The position numbers were made by a program, and so were the translations under genes. Below, piece by piece: positions 5,700-11,141 of a stretch of 11,141 bases of DNA. The stretch is from Nanopusillaceae archaeon (GTDB lineage Archaea > Nanobdellota > Nanobdellia > Nanobdellales > Nanobdellaceae): NCBI GenBank assembly GCA_038735675.1, contig JAVYNJ010000018.1, forward strand, positions 1 through 11,141, given 5' to 3'. Positions within the stretch are counted from its first letter, which is position 1; the number at the start of each line of letters is the position of its first letter. The notes beneath the pieces are model-generated. The model searched no databases, was not told the DNA's origin, and worked only from the letters and a program-made list of their open reading frames with translations.

Positions 5700-5721
5700 C
5701 AGACTGGGACAGCTTCTACAT
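5674..5721 (-). ncRNA. Candidate box C/D sRNA (48 nt)
   Basis: The minus strand reads ATGTAGA-AGCTGTCCCAGT-CTGA-AAA-ATGATGA-ATAAAAAATAT-CTGA. This parses as a C-like box, a 12-nt guide, D', a 3-nt loop, a perfect C', an 11-nt guide, and D. The terminal C box is degenerate and the second guide is A/U only. Confidence 0.35.
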
Positions 5722-5753
5722 GATATTAATAACTTTTATATGAAAATTTATTA

Positions 5754-6860
5754 ATGAAAGAGGCAATTTTGTATAAAGAAAAAGAAAAATATTTAGAATG
5801 TTTAGCTTGTAATAGGAGATGTAAGCTTGGAGATAAGCAAATAGGGTATTGTGGAGTTAGAGTAAATTTAAAAAATAAGTTATATCTTTTAAATTGGGGT
5901 TTGTTTATTTCAGTTGCAATAGATCCTATAGAAAAGAAACCTCTTTATCATTTTTATCCTGGTTCGACAGCATTATCCTTAGGAACAACTGGTTGTTCTT
6001 TTTCTTGTATGTATTGTTTAAACTGGGATATTTCACAAAGAAAAAAAATTGTTGGAATTAAGTTGGAACCAGAAGAAATAATAGAATTGGCAAAAAAACA
6101 TAATACAAAAATAATAACATTTACATATAATGAACCATCAATATATTCAGAATTTGCTTATGAAGTTTCTAAAATTGCTAAAAAAGAAGAAATAAAAATT
6201 ACTTGGGTTTCTAATGGATATCTAACTGATGAAGCTATTGATTTTGCATCTAAATTTTTAGATGCAATCACTGTGGATATTAAAGGAAATGGAAATGAAG
6301 ATTTTGCTAGAAGATATATTTTAACATTAAATTATGAATCTATATTTCAAACTATAGAAGAGCTATATAATAAAGGAGTGCATGTAGAAATAACAGATTT
6401 AGTAATTCCAGAAGTTGGTGATAATTTGGAAGATGCAAGAAAAATGTGTAAAAAAATATATGATATAATGGGGGAAAAATCGAATATACACTTTTTAAGA
6501 TTTTATCCAGAATATAAAATGACAAATTTATATCCTACACCATTAAAAACCTTGGAAAAACATGCAGAAATTGCTAAAGAAGAAGGAATTGTATATATTT
6601 ATTTAGGTAATGTTCCAGGACATAAGTTAGAAAATACATATTGTCCAAAATGTAAGGCTCCTGTAATAAAAAGGAGAGGTTTTTTGGTTTATGAAATAAA
6701 TTTAAATGAAAATAAATGTAAAAATTGTGGAGAAGAAATTTATATTATAGGAAATCCCAAAAAATCCGAAATCTATTATCCAAAGCCATTATATATACAT
6801 AAAAAAGTATTAGAAAGATACATAGATAACGATAATATAGTAGAGAGAGAATTACTCTAA
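5754..6860 (+). CDS. amrS: AmmeMemoRadiSam-system-type radical SAM enzyme (PflA-like activase superfamily)
   Basis: 368 aa. N-terminal Cys cluster CLACNRRCKLGDKQIGYCGVR. Then AIDPIEKKPLYHFYPGSTALSLGTTGCSFSCMYCLNWDISQ, containing the radical SAM motif CxxxCxxC (Cys at 5994, 6006, 6015). A C-terminal zinc-ribbon-like CPKCKAP...CKNCGEE follows. The whole N-terminal block is the signature I associate with this family. Confidence 0.8.
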   Translation: MKEAILYKEKEKYLECLACNRRCKLGDKQIGYCGVRVNLKNKLYLLNWGLFISVAIDPIEKKPLYHFYPGSTALSLGTTGCSFSCMYCLNWDISQRKKIVGIKLEPEEIIELAKKHNTKIITFTYNEPSIYSEFAYEVSKIAKKEEIKITWVSNGYLTDEAIDFASKFLDAITVDIKGNGNEDFARRYILTLNYESIFQTIEELYNKGVHVEITDLVIPEVGDNLEDARKMCKKIYDIMGEKSNIHFLRFYPEYKMTNLYPTPLKTLEKHAEIAKEEGIVYIYLGNVPGHKLENTYCPKCKAPVIKRRGFLVYEINLNENKCKNCGEEIYIIGNPKKSEIYYPKPLYIHKKVLERYIDNDNIVERELL

Positions 6861-7520
6861 ATGTGCTTTTTTTATTTTAAAAATTCCATAATTTTTTCCG
6901 ATAATGATTTCATAATCATCTATAACTATTCTTTTCTTAAATAATGGCTGATAAATAACAGTTGTTTCAATTTCTCCCCCTTCTCCAGCTATGTTTATAC
7001 CATATTTCTCATTTAATTCTTCCAATTTTTTTAAAATAGAATAATCCAAAATTTTTCCCAATAATTCTTTTTCGAATGGATATGCAAAAAAACCGGAAAT
7101 AAGTACTTCAAATCCACTATCTATTAAAGATTTAATATATTTTTTTTCATCTATTTGCCATAAAGGCGCATAAAAATCCAATTTATATTTTTCACATATT
7201 TTCTTAATTTTTTCGTATTGAAACTTAGATTTTATTACACCACAAATAATTCCAGTTATGTTAAAATCTTTTTTTATTTCATAAATTGTATTTTCTAAAT
7301 CAATCAATTCCTTTTTAGTATTAGTATAAAATTTATATAAGGGAATATTCATACTTTTTGCCTGTAGATCTACAATATCTATATTTACGTGATGAAATAA
7401 ATATGAATCCTCATCGGAAAAAGCAGATACTAGTAGTTTTATATCTTTGTTTTCTTTTTTTGATAAATATAAAGCATAATTTGAATCTTTTCCACCAGAA
7501 AATAATACAGCATAAGACAT
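6852..7520 (-). CDS. dph6: Diphthine--ammonia ligase (Dph6 / MJ0570 / DUF71 family, PP-loop ATP pyrophosphatase)
   Basis: 222 aa. MSYAVLFSGGKDSNYAL contains the PP-loop SGGKDS (7482-7499). The C-terminal GEGGEIET motif is typical of the family. The last 9 nt overlap the 3' end of the convergent radical SAM gene. Confidence 0.75.
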   Translation of the reverse strand: MSYAVLFSGGKDSNYALYLSKKENKDIKLLVSAFSDEDSYLFHHVNIDIVDLQAKSMNIPLYKFYTNTKKELIDLENTIYEIKKDFNITGIICGVIKSKFQYEKIKKICEKYKLDFYAPLWQIDEKKYIKSLIDSGFEVLISGFFAYPFEKELLGKILDYSILKKLEELNEKYGINIAGEGGEIETTVIYQPLFKKRIVIDDYEIIIGKNYGIFKIKKAHLE

Positions 7521-7560
7521 AATTTTATATTTAAAAGAGTAATCTTAATTATACTTTGTT
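7521..7560. promoter_or_regulatory. 40-bp divergent promoter spacer between dph6 and the EF-2 gene with two opposed TATA-like elements
   Basis: TTTTATATTT (about 7523-7532, plus orientation) is centred about 33 nt upstream of the EF-2 ATG. TATAATTAAG on the minus strand (plus coordinates about 7544-7553) is centred about 29 nt upstream of the dph6 ATG. No SD motifs are present. The assignment rests on spacing and composition only. Confidence 0.35.
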
Positions 7561-9768
7561 ATGACTACTAAACTAACAGAAAAAGTTCTTGAATTAATGA
7601 ATAAGCCAGAGCAAATTAGAAATATTGGAATCATAGCTCACATACATCATGGAAAAACAACGTTAACGGACAATTTATTAGCTGGAGCAGGTATGTTAGC
7701 GGAAGATTTAGCTGGAGAGGCAATGTTTACGTGGTGGCATGAAACTGAAAGACAAAGAGAAATGACAGTTTATGGAGCTGCAGTTTCTATGGTTCACTCT
7801 TATGAAGGAAAAGAGTATTTAATAAATTTAATAGATACTCCAGGACATGTAGAATTTTCTGGTCAAGTTACAAGAGCTTGCAGAGCTATAGATGGTGCTA
7901 TAGTAGTTGTAGATTTTGTAGATGGCGTAATGCCACAAACAGAATCGGTTTTAAGAACAGCTTTAAAAGAATATGTAAAACCAGTATTATTTATAAATAA
8001 AACAGACAGAGCAATAACAGAATTGAAATTACCTCCAGAAAAAATAGTTGAAAGAATAGGAAAAATAGTTATCGAAGTTAATAGATTAATTGAAAAATAT
8101 GCTCCAGTAGAATTTAAAGATAAATGGAAGGTAAGTGTTCAAGATGGTACTGTTGCTTTTGGTTCTGCAAAATATCACTGGGCTTTGTCTTTTCCATATA
8201 TGAAAAAAAATAATGTTTCTTTTAAAGATATAATTGAAATATATAATGAAGCTAAGGATAACAAAGAGTTATTAAAAGAATTAATGAGACAAAAAGCTCC
8301 GGTAGCACAAGTAGTATTAGATATGGTAGTAAGACATTTGCCTTCTCCAGTTGAAGCTCAGAAATATAGAATAAAAAAGATATGGAAAGGTTCTATAGAA
8401 TCTGATATTGGCAAAGCTATGATGAATCTTGATCCAAATGGACCAACAATAATAAATGTTACTAATGTTATAATTGATAAAATTTCTAAACAAGAATTAG
8501 CAACGGCGAGAATCTTTTCTGGAACACTAAGAAAGGGAGATGAAGTTTATCTTGCATCTCAAAACAGAAAAGTAAAGTTACAACAGTTAGCTATATGGAA
8601 GGGAATTCAAAGAATTCCTATAGAAGAAATAAAAGCTGGAAATATAGTGGCAATTTTGGGAGTCAGAGGATTGTATGCTGGTGAAACTTTAATTGGAAAT
8701 GTTCAAAATCCAGAAACAGTTGAAACATTTGAGGATATAAAACATTGGCTAGAGCCGGTAGTTACAAAGTCTTTTGAACCTAAAAATCCAAATGATTTAT
8801 CCAAATTAATAGAAACTCTAAAATTACTTGAGAGAGAAGATCCTACGATAAAAGTAGAAATAAATCAAGAAACTGGAGAAATATTAGTATCTGGTTTGGG
8901 AGATTTGCATTTACAAATAATAGAATATAGAGTAGTTAATGATTTTGGTGTAGAAGTAACAACAGGTAATCCAATTGTTGTTTATAGAGAATCCGTTAGT
9001 AAACCTTCACAAGTTTATGAAGGAAAATCGCCAAATAAGCATAATAAGATCTATATACAAGTAGAACCGTTACCATATGAAATATATCAAAAAATTAAAG
9101 AGTATGTTAGAGAAGGAAAGTTACCAGAAGGAAGAATAAAGAAAGAGGATGTTTGGAAAGTATTAGTGGAGACGGGATTAGATAAAGAAGAAGCAAGAAG
9201 AGTACAAATGATATATAATGGCTGTTTATTCATAGATATGACTAGAGGAATTGTGCATCTTCCTGAGGTTATAGAATCTATTATTACTGCTTTTAAGGAA
9301 GTTGTAGAAAGAGGACCAATAGCATGGGAACCATGTGTTATGTTAAAAGTAAAATTAATAGATGCTGTTTTGCATGAAGATGCAATACATAGAGGACCAG
9401 CGCAAATAATACCAGCAACTAAAGATGCTATTAAAGCAGCAATATTGGAAAATCCAATAATATATGAACCATTACAGATAATAAGAGTTGATACTCCCCC
9501 AGAAACTGTAGGAGATGTAGTTTCATTGATTTCATCAAGAAGAGGACAAGTAATTAGTATGGATATAGAAGAAGATAGAGCAATAATAAAGGCAAAAATT
9601 CCTGTAGCAAATATGTTTGGATTTACGGACGAATTGAGAAGTATAACTTCTGGAAGGGGAGTTTGGTATTTAGAAGACCAAGTATTTGAAAGATTACCCA
9701 AGGAACTAGAGGAAAATGTTATTAAGGAAATAAGAAAAAGAAAAGGAATTCCAGAAGGCGTTCACTAA
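7561..9768 (+). CDS. fusA: Translation elongation factor 2 (aEF-2)
   Basis: 735 aa and collinear with archaeal EF-2 over the whole length. G1 is AHIHHGKTT, G3 is DTPGH, G4 is NKTD. Domain IV carries HEDAIHRGPAQIIPA with the diphthamide-target His610 at 9388-9390. The C-terminal region includes FGFTDELRSITSGRG. G1 and switch I deviate from consensus (see findings). Confidence 0.95.
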   Translation: MTTKLTEKVLELMNKPEQIRNIGIIAHIHHGKTTLTDNLLAGAGMLAEDLAGEAMFTWWHETERQREMTVYGAAVSMVHSYEGKEYLINLIDTPGHVEFSGQVTRACRAIDGAIVVVDFVDGVMPQTESVLRTALKEYVKPVLFINKTDRAITELKLPPEKIVERIGKIVIEVNRLIEKYAPVEFKDKWKVSVQDGTVAFGSAKYHWALSFPYMKKNNVSFKDIIEIYNEAKDNKELLKELMRQKAPVAQVVLDMVVRHLPSPVEAQKYRIKKIWKGSIESDIGKAMMNLDPNGPTIINVTNVIIDKISKQELATARIFSGTLRKGDEVYLASQNRKVKLQQLAIWKGIQRIPIEEIKAGNIVAILGVRGLYAGETLIGNVQNPETVETFEDIKHWLEPVVTKSFEPKNPNDLSKLIETLKLLEREDPTIKVEINQETGEILVSGLGDLHLQIIEYRVVNDFGVEVTTGNPIVVYRESVSKPSQVYEGKSPNKHNKIYIQVEPLPYEIYQKIKEYVREGKLPEGRIKKEDVWKVLVETGLDKEEARRVQMIYNGCLFIDMTRGIVHLPEVIESIITAFKEVVERGPIAWEPCVMLKVKLIDAVLHEDAIHRGPAQIIPATKDAIKAAILENPIIYEPLQIIRVDTPPETVGDVVSLISSRRGQVISMDIEEDRAIIKAKIPVANMFGFTDELRSITSGRGVWYLEDQVFERLPKELEENVIKEIRKRKGIPEGVH

Positions 9769-9771
9769 TCT

Positions 9772-10608
9772 TTATATTTTTGGTTGAATTATTTCTATGA
9801 AATAAAGGTAGGTTATATAACAAAGAGGTAAAATTACTAAATAAAAGAATAAAAGTTGATTTAGTATAGCGATATTTCCCGAAACATAAGAAATTATAAA
9901 AGAAATAATTAATAAAATTAGTGGAAACATTGCAAAAATAAATGAGTAAAGTGTTATTAATGTATTTATTTTTTCGTTATAGTTTTTTAGTAATATTTCA
10001 TAATCTTTTATAGAATTTTTAGAATATACTTTAACAAATTCTAAGATACTCCCTCCACTTTTAATTGTAGAGTAAAGACCATATAAAAATTCTTTTAATT
10101 TATATGATGGAGTTTTACTTGCTAATATTAATAATGCATTAATTAAATCATAACCCAAGACATCAATTAAGTTTATTAAAAATTTTAATTCATTACATAA
10201 ATTTCCAAATTCTTTTCTCTTAGCTAAAAATCTAAAAACATCTATTATATTAGAATTTGAGCTAATATAAACATAAAAATAAAGAGAAAAAAGAGGAATA
10301 TTTATATCTATTTCTCTTTTATAATCTTCTCTTGCTAAAATTGGATAAATGTAGAAGTAAAATATTGTTAAAAAGAAAACAAAAATACCAAAAAGAACTG
10401 ATATCAAAATTATTACTATATCTAAAAAATTTGTAATAAGATAAATTATAAATAATATAGATAGTGTAGATAGAGTAAATGTGACAATAGAAAATATAAA
10501 AACGAAATTTACATATTGTTCAAAATCGTATTTTTTGAAATAAGTGTATGCAAGCAAATTTTTATTATCTTTATAAAATTTTTTTATTTGTTCTTTTAAT
10601 TTTTGCAT
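9772..10608 (-). CDS. Type II secretion system F-family membrane protein (FlaJ/TadC-like pilus/archaellum platform), single-domain form
   Basis: 278 aa. Two N-terminal TM helices are followed by a ~120-aa cytoplasmic helical domain (..FGNLCNELKFLINLIDVLGYDLINALLILASKTPSYKLKEFLYGLYSTIKSGGSILEFV..) and two C-terminal TM helices. The start is 2 nt downstream of the stop of the secretion ATPase gene. Confidence 0.65.
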   Translation of the reverse strand: MQKLKEQIKKFYKDNKNLLAYTYFKKYDFEQYVNFVFIFSIVTFTLSTLSILFIIYLITNFLDIVIILISVLFGIFVFFLTIFYFYIYPILAREDYKREIDINIPLFSLYFYVYISSNSNIIDVFRFLAKRKEFGNLCNELKFLINLIDVLGYDLINALLILASKTPSYKLKEFLYGLYSTIKSGGSILEFVKVYSKNSIKDYEILLKNYNEKINTLITLYSFIFAMFPLILLIISFIISYVSGNIAILNQLLFFYLVILPLCYITYLYFIEIIQPKI

Positions 10609-10610
10609 TA

Positions 10611-11141
10611 TTACTTTATTTTACTAAGTAAAGCCTCTTTATCTGTATAATACAATTTAAATATTTCAGATATTCTATCAAAATCTCTTATATTTTTCTT
10701 TACTAAAAATTTAATAACTCTTTCTTTTTCTTTAATATCTTCTAACATAGTTTTTTCTTTTAAGCCACTTTTATCTTTTAATTTGTATTGTAATAAGCTT
10801 CCCTCTATTGTAGTATAAAAATCATCGGTAAAAGGATCCCATTTACAGATAACAAAACTATTAATTTCTTTGTTTTTTTCCGGTTTTCCTATTTCTACAA
10901 TTTCTCTTATTCTTCTAGCAGATGGGGAAATATGGGCAGCTTTTGTAACAAAAACAATTACATCAATAAGGTTAATGTATTCTCTAGGTATTTTTATGGG
11001 ATCTGCCTCTAGTCTTTTTATAAGGGATATTAAACTATCAGCATGTATTGTAGCTAAGGTAGCATGTCCAGATGCCATTGCCTGAAACATAACATACGCT
11101 TCCTTACCTCTAACTTCACCAACTATTAAATAATTCGGATT
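10611..11141 (-). CDS. Type II/IV secretion-family ATPase (FlaI/PilB/VirB11-like), C-terminal part; the gene continues past the right edge
   Basis: The tracked ORF starts at an internal Met. My hand translation continues in frame with no stop to base 11141: NPNYLIVGEVRGKEAYVMFQAMASGHATLATIHADS... This gives the Walker-B-adjacent IVGEVRG motif and the His box (GH.TL.T.HA) of secretion ATPases, followed by the usual C-terminal ...RRIREIVEI region. Confidence 0.85.
   Translation of the reverse strand, partial: NPNYLIVGEVRGKEAYVMFQAMASGHATLATIHADSLISLIKRLEADPIKIPREYINLIDVIVFVTKAAHISPSARRIREIVEIGKPEKNKEINSFVICKWDPFTDDFYTTIEGSLLQYKLKDKSGLKEKTMLEDIKEKERVIKFLVKKNIRDFDRISEIFKLYYTDKEALLSKIK

Noticed and set aside
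8419-8425. Additional C-box-like heptamers: ATGATGA at 8419-8425, and TGATGA-containing sites near 2779, 6229 and 7389
   Set aside because: All lie inside well-supported coding frames. None has CTGA at the canonical 11-12 nt downstream distance or a D'/C' pair. They are treated as chance Met/Asp/Glu codon strings.
9087-9701. 204-aa minus-strand ORF inside the EF-2 gene
   Set aside because: This is a shadow ORF antisense to a strongly conserved, full-length EF-2 coding frame. Its S/I/T/L-rich composition has no recognisable domain. The open frame is explained by EF-2 codon usage.
10870-11085. 71-aa plus-strand ORF
   Set aside because: It is antisense to the secretion-ATPase gene, whose His-box region is unambiguous. 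It has no motif of its own.
1-11141. CRISPR array, cas1/cas2, an integrase or a provirus that could explain the Cas4-like gene
   Set aside because: I saw no regularly spaced direct repeats anywhere. All neighbouring ORFs are accounted for by other functions, and housekeeping genes flank the locus. The absence of an array elsewhere in the genome cannot be judged from this window.
1-11141. tRNA, rRNA or other structured-RNA genes
   Set aside because: No G+C-rich 70-120 nt islands stand out from the A/T background, and non-coding space totals only about 272 nt. The only RNA candidate retained is the C/D-like element at 5674-5721.

Overview
Extremely AT-rich, almost gap-free archaeal chromosomal segment. 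By my gene calls only 272 of 11141 nt (about 2.4%) are non-coding. The proteins are rich in K, E, I and Y. Overlapping or abutting genes, no Shine-Dalgarno motifs, and TATA-like boxes about 26-33 nt upstream of start codons all suggest a compact, possibly reduced (DPANN/Nanoarchaeota-like) thermophile genome. The taxon cannot be fixed from the sequence alone. I call 15 protein genes. (1) A co-directional minus-strand array: THEP1-type NTPase, then two monocluster ferredoxins, then three paralogous 5-TM membrane proteins. The last paralog is absent from the ORF track because it runs off the left edge. (2) Divergent from that array, a stand-alone Cas4-family nuclease whose stop overlaps (ATGA) the start of a half-size NFACT-R/DUF814 protein, which corresponds to the C-terminal half of RqcH/NEMF. 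(3) A roughly 500-aa multi-domain surface protein. (4) An AmmeMemoRadiSam-type radical SAM enzyme. (5) A Dph6-type diphthine-ammonia ligase transcribed divergently from its substrate aEF-2. (6) A convergent type IV pilus/archaellum-like pair: a FlaI/PilB-like ATPase (partial) and a single-domain FlaJ/TadC-like platform protein. I see no CRISPR array, tRNA, rRNA, integrase or transposase. Most worth a second look: the Cas4 / half-RqcH coupling; a candidate box C/D sRNA hidden on the minus strand of the only long spacer; two ferredoxin genes in one reading frame separated by a single stop plus one codon; the NTPase-ferredoxin-membrane-paralog array of unknown function; and an EF-2 with non-canonical G1 and switch I motifs. 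None of these is proven. Function assignments rest on motif recognition by eye, not on database searches.
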